A stretch of 64,000 nucleotides of DNA from Candidatus Xenobia bacterium (GCA_045863235.1 BTUM01000006.1:96001-160000), one strand, 5' to 3'; counted from the stretch's first letter, positions 39,033 to 48,262 are shown. Notes: a model not told the origin generated them from the sequence alone. Made by a program: numbers and translations.

Positions 39033-39735
39033 AAAATTGCCGCGTATCAGAGCAGGTGTGTTGCCCACGGAACTGGGTGACGAGTTACTGATTTATTCTC
39101 CCGAGACCGAGACGGCGCACTGTCTGGGTGTCGTTGGAAAGGTCGTCTTTCATGGTTGCCAGTCCGGAATGGAGCCTGGCGATCTGGTCGCGCGGGTCAC
39201 CCAGATGGGGATTGAGGACGGCGAAGCTGCCATGCTGGGAATGCTGGAGCAACTGGCTGAAAAGGGCATTACGGAGCCAGCTCCCATTGCGTCCGAGTTC
39301 GACCGACGGCGGTTTCTCGCGTTGACCGGCCGCTGGGCCTCAGCGATGGTCGTGGCTTCGGCTATCGCTCCCAGGCCTGCGGAGGCCGGTACTTGTTATG
39401 AGTGCTTGACGGTTGGCGCTCCTACCTTCGCTCCCGTGAACTGTAACACGTGCAGTCAGATCTGTAAGTTTACCGCGGCCGGGGCCTGCCAGGCCACAGC
39501 CGTTTGCTGTTTCGAGTATCGTCTCTCGAACACCACCATCGACCCGACCGGGGCCTGCAATCTCGCCGAGGCTCTCGGCCTCTACGGGTGCCGATCGATT
39601 CCCGCCGCCCCGAGCGTTTTCCATTCTCACTGCGGGACCGCTCGGACCAACTGCATCAGTGCCGGAGGAACCCCGGGAACCCTCTACTATTGCTGCGCCT
39701 GCGCCGGTAACGCTCCGACCTTTAGCTGCACCTAG
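39025..39735 (+). CDS. PqqD/RRE-domain protein fused to a twin-arginine-like signal and a Cys-rich core (RiPP-like precursor)
   Basis: ELGDELLIYSPETETAHCLGVVGKVVFHGC...LEQLAEKGI (PqqD pattern); FDRRRFLALTG...APRPAEA; 115-aa C-terminal region with 16 Cys. Confidence 0.82.
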   Translation: MIEKLPRIRAGVLPTELGDELLIYSPETETAHCLGVVGKVVFHGCQSGMEPGDLVARVTQMGIEDGEAAMLGMLEQLAEKGITEPAPIASEFDRRRFLALTGRWASAMVVASAIAPRPAEAGTCYECLTVGAPTFAPVNCNTCSQICKFTAAGACQATAVCCFEYRLSNTTIDPTGACNLAEALGLYGCRSIPAAPSVFHSHCGTARTNCISAGGTPGTLYYCCACAGNAPTFSCT

Positions 39736-39757
39736 GAGTTCCATCCGAGGATTCCAG

Positions 39758-39792
39758 AAAGGCCGGCTCTTTGGCCGGCTTTGTGTGTTTTG
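39758..39792 (+). terminator. Possible terminator after the Cys-rich precursor gene
   Basis: ggccggc-tctttg-gccggct stem (one G-U pair), followed by ttgtgtgtttt. Confidence 0.45.
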
Positions 39793-39867
39793 ATCGTCAG
39801 GACAGGGTGAAGGTGTTTGCTCTGTTCGTCGAAAGGAAGTTGGGCCGGGCAAACGAACGCACGAGCG

Positions 39868-41232
39868 GTGAAGGATGGCGTCATTTCGGCCCTGCGTTCG
39901 AGACTGAGCGTACCTGAAGCCTGGGGGCCGGCCAGTAAGGCGCTAAAGCTCTCGATCCTTACGTTCGCCGCTCAGATCGTCGCGATGGCCGCCTCCCCCA
40001 TCCTGACCCGCCTGTTCACCCCGAGCGATCTGGGCATTCTCGGCGTATTCGGTGCTACCGTCACGCTCATCAGCTTGCTGAGCTTTTTTCGCTACGAGCA
40101 AGCCATCCCGCTGGCCGAAGGCGACGAAGGTGGCGCCGGAATCTTGCAGCTGTGCCATCTTTGCCTGCTCGTCAGCGTTCTTCTCCTGAGCGGCGCGGTC
40201 TGGATGGGAGGGCCGGAGTTGATGGAGCTCATGCTCATCCCCAGCCTGGCTCCCTACCGGGTCCTCCTGCCGCTGGGCGTCCTGGGGGCGGGGATCTACA
40301 CCTTAAGCGAGTTCTGGCTGATTCGGCAGCGGCGCTACAGTTTCTTCGGCCTGACGCGGATCATCCAGATCGTTGTCATGATCGCCCTGCAGATCGTCGC
40401 CGGTATCTGCGGTGTCGGCGTGGTCGGACTGCTGGCCGGACAGGTGATCGGAATGGCCTTCGGGGGGGTACTGGTGTTGGCTCAGCTCTGGTTCCGTCGC
40501 CCGGTGGGCTGGCGTCAGATATCCTACCAGGCCCATCGCTATCGCCACTTCGGCTTCTACACCAGTTGGTCGACCATGATCAAGGCGGCCGCTTTGCAGG
40601 GGCCCATTCTCCTCATCGCTCACTTCTACGGTACCCAGGTCACCGGCTGGTTCAATCTTGCCCTCCGGGCCGTCACGATTCCGGGCGACATCTTCGCCAA
40701 GGCACTCTCTCGCGTCTTCCTGGGCGAGGCCGCTCGTCTTCAGCACGAGAATCGTCGGGGTCTGCTCTCCCTCTTCTGGCCGATTTTACGGCTGCAGGCG
40801 ATGATCGGAGTCGGTATCGCGATTGGAACCGTGGTCGCGGCCCCGCTTGCCTTCAAACTGGTCTTCGGCGCAGCCTGGACCCAGTCCGGGGTGTACGCCC
40901 AGTATCTCAGTTTGGCCATGCTGGCGCAGTTCATCGTCTCACCGATCGAGAACTTCCTGACCGTGGCCGAGCGGCAGGGCCTGTATGCATTCCGCGAGGT
41001 GCTGCGCGGGCTCCTGTCCCTGGGGCCGTTATGCGTGGCTTTCTGGATGAAGGCCAGCCCGAATGTAGCGATTCTTTGCTTCAGCCTGGGGGCCGCCAGT
41101 TTCGAGCTGGTCAGCCTGGCCCTGGCCACACTGGCTCTTCGCAGCGCCACGCAGAGCCCAATGCAGAGCGAAGGAAATTCCGAACCATCCCCGAGCTCGT
41201 CGGATCGATCAGAAGACTCCCCCCAAACGTAA
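39868..41232 (+). CDS. wzx: Wzx-type oligosaccharide flippase
   Basis: SPILTRLFTPSDLG, RYEQAIPL, about 12 TMs, LVFGAAW..SG. Start estimated. Confidence 0.9.
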   Translation: MKDGVISALRSRLSVPEAWGPASKALKLSILTFAAQIVAMAASPILTRLFTPSDLGILGVFGATVTLISLLSFFRYEQAIPLAEGDEGGAGILQLCHLCLLVSVLLLSGAVWMGGPELMELMLIPSLAPYRVLLPLGVLGAGIYTLSEFWLIRQRRYSFFGLTRIIQIVVMIALQIVAGICGVGVVGLLAGQVIGMAFGGVLVLAQLWFRRPVGWRQISYQAHRYRHFGFYTSWSTMIKAAALQGPILLIAHFYGTQVTGWFNLALRAVTIPGDIFAKALSRVFLGEAARLQHENRRGLLSLFWPILRLQAMIGVGIAIGTVVAAPLAFKLVFGAAWTQSGVYAQYLSLAMLAQFIVSPIENFLTVAERQGLYAFREVLRGLLSLGPLCVAFWMKASPNVAILCFSLGAASFELVSLALATLALRSATQSPMQSEGNSEPSPSSSDRSEDSPQT

Positions 41233-42718
41233 TCGAGCCTACGCTCAGTACGCCGCCGCGCGTTCCCTGCGGCTCGCGCACGACGATCTCGGCTCCGGCA
41301 TACCAGCTTTTTCCCCGCGCCACGACCGTGAAATCTGCGGGAGTCTCCGGCTGCGTGCAGTCGATCTCCCAGCCGGCTGCGCCCTGGCCGTTCAGGATCC
41401 CCGCGCTGCCCCCATACTCATGCCCAGGACCGCGGGGTAGAGGCTGATTCAACGAGCTGTTTCCGAAGCTAGTCTGACCCGGGTAGGTCGCTTCCCCGTA
41501 GATCCAGTGGTTTGGAGCCGTGATTTCATAGCCGGCGGCCCGGCCCATGCCTCCCAGGCGGACCCCCAGCAGCTTGCCTTCGTTGGCGCAGCTCTGAGCA
41601 AAAACCATGCTGACGCAACGGATGCTGCCGTCCGGGAAAAGCTCGATCTCCCTGAAGATGCTGTTGGCGCCCAGACAGCAGATCCAGGCTCCCTGGTCAT
41701 GGGCCTGCAACAGGACCTGGTACATGGCCCGCGACCAGTACTCCGAGTGGGTCGAGAGCACCACTACTCGGTAGCCATCGAGGACTTTTGGTCGCTGCTC
41801 GAGCTCGGCCTGGGAGATCAAGTCATAGGGGATCCCCTGTTTCTCCAGCCAGGCCAGGACACGCCATTCCCCGGCCGCCAGATGGTTCTCGAAGGGCGCC
41901 ATCAGCTCGTCCGACTCAAGCCCGCTGTTGAGGAAGGGACGATGAATGGAGAGCTTCCCGAACCGCCACGGATCGTCCAGTTCCCGCTCCGCCGGAAGAA
42001 AGCGGCGCAGCCACTTGCGCCACCCGCCTGGAATCAGGTCGCGCGGTGTCCAGGCTGGCTCGCGCGGTGTGGGAGGGGGCGGGACGTCGCCTTCATAATT
42101 GCGATAGCGGCTCCGCCCTCCAAACGGGTTGTAGGCCAGCCAGGTCGTGGTAGAGGCCAGTACCAGCACGTCGCTGCGGCGTCTCGAGCCAGAGCTCACC
42201 ACCAGTGGCAGGGCGTAGGCCGGATGGCCCTCGGACTCGAGCAGCCAGCTGTACAGACCTGGTTCGTTCGGAGCGCTGTAGCGCAGGACCGGTTTCCAGT
42301 CCAGGCCCTCGGCTACGAAGGGAGCGTCCGGAACCACTTGAGGGCTGGGCTCGGCTAGCGCTCGTCGGTCCACGACCGAGAGTTCGGCGCCATGCCGACG
42401 CAGGGTCAGTCGACAGGGAGTCGTGGTGTGCAGATGCAAAGTGGCATCTTGACCGGGATCCAGCGAAAGGCGGTCGCCGTATCCGAGCGGTCTATCCCCC
42501 AGCAGGCGCACGTGTTCGGGCACCTGGTCGCGTGGGTAACGCTTGGAGCCGTAACCCGGCAGGTTGAATTCGAGCTCATCGCCCGGCTCCAGGCGCCAGC
42601 GGCCGTCGGAATTGGTTTCGGTCGAGCCCAGCACGTCTCCCCGGGCGCTGAGGGACCGGACCTGGACGCCTGCCAGCGGCCAACACAACTCGGCACATGA
42701 GACTCTTCCCGATTTCAT
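41111..42718 (-). CDS. N,N-dimethylformamidase beta-subunit-like protein
   Basis: STTTWLAYNPFGGRSRY, LSIHRP, WLEKQGIPYD, LSTHSEYWSRAM, LGANSIF, GWEID, VGSITF; ATGA-coupled to the sulfotransferase stop. Confidence 0.78.
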   Translation of the reverse strand: MKSGRVSCAELCWPLAGVQVRSLSARGDVLGSTETNSDGRWRLEPGDELEFNLPGYGSKRYPRDQVPEHVRLLGDRPLGYGDRLSLDPGQDATLHLHTTTPCRLTLRRHGAELSVVDRRALAEPSPQVVPDAPFVAEGLDWKPVLRYSAPNEPGLYSWLLESEGHPAYALPLVVSSGSRRRSDVLVLASTTTWLAYNPFGGRSRYRNYEGDVPPPPTPREPAWTPRDLIPGGWRKWLRRFLPAERELDDPWRFGKLSIHRPFLNSGLESDELMAPFENHLAAGEWRVLAWLEKQGIPYDLISQAELEQRPKVLDGYRVVVLSTHSEYWSRAMYQVLLQAHDQGAWICCLGANSIFREIELFPDGSIRCVSMVFAQSCANEGKLLGVRLGGMGRAAGYEITAPNHWIYGEATYPGQTSFGNSSLNQPLPRGPGHEYGGSAGILNGQGAAGWEIDCTQPETPADFTVVARGKSWYAGAEIVVREPQGTRGGVLSVGSITFGGSLLIDPTSSGMVRNFLRSALGSAWRCEEPVWPGPG

Positions 42719-43689
42719 GAGTAACCGTAGCGCTCGCGGATCCGCGCCGTCAGTTCGTTGGCGATGTCCGCCTCGATGCGAGTAAGGTCCTTCTGCCAGC
42801 GCCCGATCTGCCGTTGGGAGAGCTTCACATCGTACAAGCCCGGGTGAGGCTCCAACTCCCAGAACCGACAGACTTCCGCCGTCGCCCGTTCGCGCTCGCA
42901 AATCAGGTCTTCGAGACGAATCTCCAGTACGCGCTCGGCCGGAACTCTGGCCTTGATTTCCTGCCAGCGATCGAGCAGGTCGTTGAGCACGCGGGCACAC
43001 TTTTCGGCAGTATCCGGCATCCAGGATTGTTGTTTGAAGGAGGCGATAACATCCCGAGGGTCGCGCACGATGTGAACCAGCTTGCTCTCGGGCAAAATCT
43101 GCAGGATGCGGTCGAACCAGAGGATGTTCCAGGTATTCTTCTCCAGATAGCAGGTGGCGTTTTGGCGGGCCAGCACCCCATCGATGAAGTCGCCCATGAA
43201 GGTCTGGAGCAGCGAAGCCACCTCGGCCGGCTGGGGCCTGCCGTAGAACATTCTCTGCGGCTCGAGCAGGGGTTGGCCGACCCACCCGCCCGGGAACGAG
43301 AAGCTGGAAAGGCGACCGAGCAGATCATCGACGAGTTGGAAGTAGCCTGGCAGGTAAACACTGGCCGATACCCCACTGTAACGCGGCGTGATCTTGAAAG
43401 GGAGCCTGCGCAAAGGTCCCAGGCGGCTCGCGCGCAGCAGAATCTTGTCCAGGAGTGGCGCCCGCCCGGCGCTCAGAAGAACGGCCCGTAATCGTTTCAG
43501 ACGGCAGTCGTAGTGAAACGGCGACCAGCCTTCGAGAGCCTGGAGGAAGTCCAATAGCCCGTCCGGATCGATGAGGAAGCGCAGCTCTCCGATATCGCAC
43601 ACCGCAGGGTGGCGGGCGAAGACCTCTCCCATGACGGTCGTACCGCTTCGCCCGCTGCCACCGATGAGGCAGATTCTCCGGCTACCCAC
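42715..43689 (-). CDS. Sulfotransferase family protein
   Basis: IGGSGRSGTT (5'-PSB), LEKNT, HIVRDPRDVIAS (3'-PB), RLEDL, IGRWQ. Confidence 0.92.
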   Translation of the reverse strand: MGSRRICLIGGSGRSGTTVMGEVFARHPAVCDIGELRFLIDPDGLLDFLQALEGWSPFHYDCRLKRLRAVLLSAGRAPLLDKILLRASRLGPLRRLPFKITPRYSGVSASVYLPGYFQLVDDLLGRLSSFSFPGGWVGQPLLEPQRMFYGRPQPAEVASLLQTFMGDFIDGVLARQNATCYLEKNTWNILWFDRILQILPESKLVHIVRDPRDVIASFKQQSWMPDTAEKCARVLNDLLDRWQEIKARVPAERVLEIRLEDLICERERATAEVCRFWELEPHPGLYDVKLSQRQIGRWQKDLTRIEADIANELTARIRERYGYS

Positions 43690-44812
43690 TTCCGAGAAGC
43701 CTGAGCTTGGCGTTGCGGATCATGCGATAGAGCTTGATGTCACTGGCATAGGTTTCGTGAGGCACCGGTGGGGTCTGCATAATCGCTTCGAATTCTCCCT
43801 CCGAGAAGCCCAGTTTTTTCAAAACGAACGGCCGGTCGATCTTGAGCTCTTCGGAGTCGTAGGGTGGACTCTGCAACGTCTCCAGAGCCGCCTCACGGGT
43901 AATCTCTTGATTGTTGATCAGGCTCGAAAAGTGAATGCGACGCTTGTCGATACCCCACTTACGAGGCAGCACATAACCTTGATAGAACTTGGTGAAGATC
44001 GATTCGTAGTGCTTGTAGCCGTAGGAGCGGAACCCGTACTCGCGGTTGAGGGTTTCCAGGGCCATGTCGCGACGGTAGAGCATGTTGTCCAGAAGGTAGA
44101 CCGGTCGGCACCAGAACGCCAGACGGCGCGAGAGCAAGTAGCTAAAGAAGCTCATCTGGGGAAACGTCCGCAGGCGCACCGTACCAAACTTGCGGTGAAT
44201 CCCCCGCAGGTTGCGCAAGTCGCTCTTGATCCAGTTCCAGGAGGGAGGCATGTGGGACTCGGTCGCGGTATTGTTGCCCGCCAGCGAATAGCGTATGTTG
44301 TATTTGCGTGCAACGCGGAAATTGGTTGCGAACTGGGCGTGGTCGGTAAGTAGCTCGATGTCCAGGACCGACGCTTTGAGAAACGCCCTCTGGAGGTCAC
44401 GGAACTCCTCCCAGTTGATCACCAGGCTATGGAGATCGAAATTGCACTTTTCCAGGATATTCTTGATATTCGTGACGGCGACTTCGGAGTTCCAGCCGTT
44501 ATCCAGGTGAACGACCAGGGGGCGCAGACCGTGTACTCGGGCCAGATGCGCCGTGAAGGCGCTGTCCACGCCCCCACTGATTCCTAGCACGCAATCATAG
44601 CGCCGGCCGCGCCCGTCCCGCTTGATCCGATTCACCAGGCGGGCGACCCGCTCGTCCGCCTCGGCCTGCGTAGTGGGGAGTTTGGCGCGCATCGTATCCA
44701 CATGATGGCAATAGTTGCAGATGCCCTGCTCGTCGAAGGTGATGTCGCGGTCGGTCGTGTCCATGACGCAGCGGACGCAAATCTGATAACTCAAGGCTCT
44801 TCCTCCGGCCAA
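43682..44812 (-). CDS. N-acetyl sugar amidotransferase (WbuX/PseA-like)
   Basis: CVRCVMDTTD...GICNYC, YDCVLGISGGVDS, HLDNGWNSE, KHYESIFTKFYQ, DKRRIHFSSLI. Confidence 0.93.
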   Translation of the reverse strand: MAGGRALSYQICVRCVMDTTDRDITFDEQGICNYCHHVDTMRAKLPTTQAEADERVARLVNRIKRDGRGRRYDCVLGISGGVDSAFTAHLARVHGLRPLVVHLDNGWNSEVAVTNIKNILEKCNFDLHSLVINWEEFRDLQRAFLKASVLDIELLTDHAQFATNFRVARKYNIRYSLAGNNTATESHMPPSWNWIKSDLRNLRGIHRKFGTVRLRTFPQMSFFSYLLSRRLAFWCRPVYLLDNMLYRRDMALETLNREYGFRSYGYKHYESIFTKFYQGYVLPRKWGIDKRRIHFSSLINNQEITREAALETLQSPPYDSEELKIDRPFVLKKLGFSEGEFEAIMQTPPVPHETYASDIKLYRMIRNAKLRLLGSG

Positions 44813-45714
44813 CCGAGGCGTCGCGCCACCTCTTGCTCCACGGGTTCCTTGCGAGCGACCTCGACCGGAAAACCCAGGGCGAGCGCGGCCACATCATCGA
44901 AGTTGCGGCGGCCGGGTGGCCCCACGCCCAAACGCGCCAGGGTCTGACGCAAAGTTTTGACAGGGTCCTGGCGTCTGTACACGTCCGGGAAGGTTACCGC
45001 CACGATCTGGCCGTCCAGAGTCTTGCCGACCTTGGCTGTCTCATATTCGATTCGCACTGGCCAGCCCACAGAGACCGCGTCATAAACCTCAGTCAGGAGC
45101 TCAGGGTACATGCGCATGCATCCGTGCGTCAGGCTATTGCCGACGTTGAGCGGGTCGTTGGTGCCATGGATCCCGGTGCGCGGCAAGGAAAGACCGATCC
45201 AACGCTCCCCCAGAGGATTTTTGGGCCCCGGACCAACCGGAGTCCGGTCCCTGGCCCACGAGGGCGGGTACCAGGTTGGATTCTTGATCTTCTCGATGAT
45301 CGTGAACTGCCCGGTGCGTGTCGAGAAACGCCCTCCTTCGGCGGCCTCGTCACCGATCGAAATCGGATAGAAGTTGCGGAATTTCCCGCCCTGGAAAAGG
45401 TAGAAGCCTCTTTCAGGCAGATTCACCACGATTCCGTTGACGGGGGGGTTGGCCGGCAAGATTCGCCAGGTCGGGATAATGAGTCGGGTTCCGGGTCGCA
45501 CGCGCAGAGTCGTGACGGGGAATCCGTTGGCGAAGGCCACATGGTCGATCGCCAGCCGGAACCGGCGCGAGATGGACAGCAGATCTTCCCCTTCCACCGC
45601 GACGTGCGTTTTGAGCTGGCCGACGCACCCGCGAGCGGTCTCGGCGCGTCCGGGGGCCACGAGGCAGAGGAACAGGCACAGGCACAGGCACAGGCACAAG
45701 AAGAGGAGCCTCAC
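44791..45714 (-). CDS. L,D-transpeptidase (YkuD family) with LysM-like N-domain
   Basis: IVVNLPE, NPTWYPP, GPGPKNPLG, GIHGTN...THGCMRM. Confidence 0.93.
   Translation of the reverse strand: MRLLFLCLCLCLCLFLCLVAPGRAETARGCVGQLKTHVAVEGEDLLSISRRFRLAIDHVAFANGFPVTTLRVRPGTRLIIPTWRILPANPPVNGIVVNLPERGFYLFQGGKFRNFYPISIGDEAAEGGRFSTRTGQFTIIEKIKNPTWYPPSWARDRTPVGPGPKNPLGERWIGLSLPRTGIHGTNDPLNVGNSLTHGCMRMYPELLTEVYDAVSVGWPVRIEYETAKVGKTLDGQIVAVTFPDVYRRQDPVKTLRQTLARLGVGPPGRRNFDDVAALALGFPVEVARKEPVEQEVARRLGWPEEEP
45673..45696. repeat. (caggca)4 hexamer repeat encoding (CL)n in the L,D-transpeptidase signal peptide
   Basis: Four perfect caggca units; protein reads LFLCLCLCLCLFLCL. Confidence 0.85.
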
Positions 45715-46250
45715 GACTCTTCCCCGCCTTCGAGCGCCTGCGGTTGCCAGCGAACCGAGGACAGGATTCCCAGGAAGACACTGGCCTGACCGGCGTAACC
45801 AGCACTGAGACAGCGGCAGTGAACGATCAACTCCTGGCCGTCGCGCACAGCGACGACCCGCACATGGCGCTCCACGGCGCCGTCTTCATTGGTTGCCTCG
45901 AACACCAGCCGACGGCCCGCCACTCCGGCGATTGTGAACGGCTTATCCTCCAGGATACAGCCACCCAGGCGCACGACCACCGCGTAACGTAGGCCGGTCC
46001 AGATTCCGCGCTGCGTTCGGCCCTGGACCGGCTCAACGAAGACCGCAGCAGCCGATGACTTGTCGGGCGACCAGAGCTGAAAGGCCTGGTCCGCTTCCAG
46101 ACCGGAGGTTTCGACAACCCAATCGGCGGGCGGAGTCAGGGTCAGGCCGAGCTCCTCGTTGCTCACGGGCTCCGCGCCATAGACGGGTCCCCAGACCAGC
46201 CAGGCGACAAGCAAGCGCAGAGCCAAAGAAGTGAGGGCCCGTGACAACAA
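45711..46250 (-). CDS. Secreted hypothetical protein (possibly PsbP/DcrB-like fold)
   Basis: Signal peptide; GLTLTPPADW, TIAGVAGRRLVF, FLGILSSVRW pattern. Confidence 0.55.
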   Translation of the reverse strand: MLSRALTSLALRLLVAWLVWGPVYGAEPVSNEELGLTLTPPADWVVETSGLEADQAFQLWSPDKSSAAAVFVEPVQGRTQRGIWTGLRYAVVVRLGGCILEDKPFTIAGVAGRRLVFEATNEDGAVERHVRVVAVRDGQELIVHCRCLSAGYAGQASVFLGILSSVRWQPQALEGGEES

Positions 46251-47039
46251 CTAAGGTCGGGCCTCTTTCTTGAATAGCAAAACGGTTCCGAAGCCCATCT
46301 GCGGGCAAACCCCGCGCTTGAACCACCACCGATTGAGCTGAAGCAGGATGCGCCGGAGCCAGGGCCAGCGGACCCGCGTATACTGCTCGGTCAGAATGCC
46401 ACGACGCTCGATCAGGCGCAGCCCCAGGGCAGGCGTCTGCCGAAGCAGGAAGCCCACGTCCAGCCGCCGAGTGCAGAGCTGCCCGCTCTTGTGCTCGCTC
46501 CAAAACTCCAGACCCCACGGGGTGGCGACCATGCGTGGGCTCTTCTTGCGCAGCAGCCGGCGCATCCAGACATCGAGACGCGACTCCGGGGAGCGAAGCG
46601 AGATCTCGCTCAAAGCCAGCAAACCTCCCGGCCTGAGAACCCGCACCAACTCGTGGAGCGCCTGCGCAACATCGGGGATATGCATGAGCACGCCACAAGC
46701 CACCGCGTGGTCCATTGAAGAGCTGGCCAGGGAGAGTCGTGTCAGGTCGTCCTGGCGCAACGAGATTCGCGTCTCCAGGCCAGCCTCCGCTACGACTCGC
46801 TGCCCCTCGGCCAGAACCCATTCCGAGGCGTCCACCCCGGTGACCTGAAGCCCCTGGCGAGCTAAGATCACGGACTTGTTGCAACTGCCGCAACCCGCAT
46901 CCAGCACCTGGGTTCCGCCAGCCGTTTTGAAGCGGCCGGCCAGGTGCTCGAAGATGGCAATATCGACGATCTGGCGGTCAGCCTGCCGGTAGGTTGCGAT
47001 CCAATTTCGGTGGATCTGGCCATCGTTCCAGAAACTCAT
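46251..47039 (-). CDS. Class I SAM-dependent methyltransferase
   Basis: VLDAGCGS, GVDAS, VLMHIPD, RVLRPGG. Confidence 0.9.
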   Translation of the reverse strand: MSFWNDGQIHRNWIATYRQADRQIVDIAIFEHLAGRFKTAGGTQVLDAGCGSCNKSVILARQGLQVTGVDASEWVLAEGQRVVAEAGLETRISLRQDDLTRLSLASSSMDHAVACGVLMHIPDVAQALHELVRVLRPGGLLALSEISLRSPESRLDVWMRRLLRKKSPRMVATPWGLEFWSEHKSGQLCTRRLDVGFLLRQTPALGLRLIERRGILTEQYTRVRWPWLRRILLQLNRWWFKRGVCPQMGFGTVLLFKKEARP

Positions 47040-48181
47040 CAGGGCACGATGCTGCGAACCAGGAACAGGAGATTGAACAGGCCCATGCTGTCAAAGATTC
47101 CCTTTCCGCGCTGAGGCACGAAGACGACATCCCCGTCATTGATTTTTACGGAAGCGGCGGCGTCGGAGGGATTGCCACTCGTCAAGGCCTCGGTGACGTC
47201 ATACGTTTCGTGCTTGTTCTGACCGGCCTGGACATCTTCGGCGCGCACGACGATGATCTGGCCCAGATCGGCTTCCCGAGCCACGCCACTGGCCGTCAGG
47301 ACGTCGAGAAGCTTCTCGCCGCCCTGGAGTGGAATCGGGCCTTGTTTGGAGATCTCTCCCAGGACCATGGCCTGGCGCTCCGGAACGACCAGAGTATCCC
47401 CGTCCTGCAAGCTCAGAGCCTCGGATTGCATACCGCCCTGCGCGTCGGGGACTACGCGGATGACCAGCGGCTCCGGCAGGGTGGCGCGTTGCAGCTTGAC
47501 CCGATGGACGGCAGCGGTGCTCTTGACGCCGCCGGCCGCCTTGATGGCGTCCGCCACCGGATTCTGAGACGTCCGGCTTACCGCGTAGATTCCCGGTTTT
47601 TGGACTTCGCCTGCGACGCTGATCCGATTGCCTGCATAGACGTACAGAATGTCACCAGGCAGGATTGGGATGGGCTGCGCGGTTCCGCTGGGAGGGCCAA
47701 GGTCGACGATAACATTCTTGTCTCGTCTTTGTAGCAGGGCGTTGTGAGGGTCCGCCTTCTCCGACAGCCCGCCAGCCAGAGCCAACACATCCAGGACCGT
47801 AGCCCCTCGTTCAATCGGGTAGCGGCCTTGAGATCTTACCTCGCCAAGGACCGCAACCTCACTCTTGGCGTAGGTCAGCAGTCCGACCTCGAAGCTGGGA
47901 TTGTTGATGCGTTTGGTCAAGCGCCGCCGGATTTCGGCACGGATGTCATCCAGGGTCTTCCCCGCCACGGGTAACGCGCCCATGAGAGGGTGATACAGCA
48001 TACCATCTGCGCGGACGGTGTATTTTCTCTCTTGTTGAGGCAGCGAAAAGATGGAAATCTCGATCTCATCACCGGGTCGAATGCGGTAGGTCGACTGATC
48101 GAGCTCCTGAGCGGCCACCAGTTGGGCAAGCATCGTCAAGGCCAGCCAGAAAAGGGTTGTGCGGGAGCGGAGGAGCCACAT
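47039..48181 (-). CDS. wza: Polysaccharide export protein (Poly_export + SLBB domains)
   Basis: YRIRPGDEI, VRADG, VAGKT, repeated V.GEV..PG.Y / AGG / GD.(L/V).VP units; amphipathic C-terminal helix. Confidence 0.9.
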   Translation of the reverse strand: MWLLRSRTTLFWLALTMLAQLVAAQELDQSTYRIRPGDEIEISIFSLPQQERKYTVRADGMLYHPLMGALPVAGKTLDDIRAEIRRRLTKRINNPSFEVGLLTYAKSEVAVLGEVRSQGRYPIERGATVLDVLALAGGLSEKADPHNALLQRRDKNVIVDLGPPSGTAQPIPILPGDILYVYAGNRISVAGEVQKPGIYAVSRTSQNPVADAIKAAGGVKSTAAVHRVKLQRATLPEPLVIRVVPDAQGGMQSEALSLQDGDTLVVPERQAMVLGEISKQGPIPLQGGEKLLDVLTASGVAREADLGQIIVVRAEDVQAGQNKHETYDVTEALTSGNPSDAAASVKINDGDVVFVPQRGKGIFDSMGLFNLLFLVRSIVP

Positions 48182-48262
48182 GCCAGGGGATTCTGCTGTC
48201 CAGGAGCATCTCCTCCGGACAAACTGACAGGATCTGGTCCGCCACCTGCGGGCTACTTTCTT

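Noticed and set aside
42719..43285. N-terminal extension of the 724-aa ORF (likewise 22999-23298, 29222-29506, 36934-37176)
   Set aside because: Overlaps established neighbouring genes in another frame or strand; better internal starts exist with stop/start coupling or family-typical N-termini.
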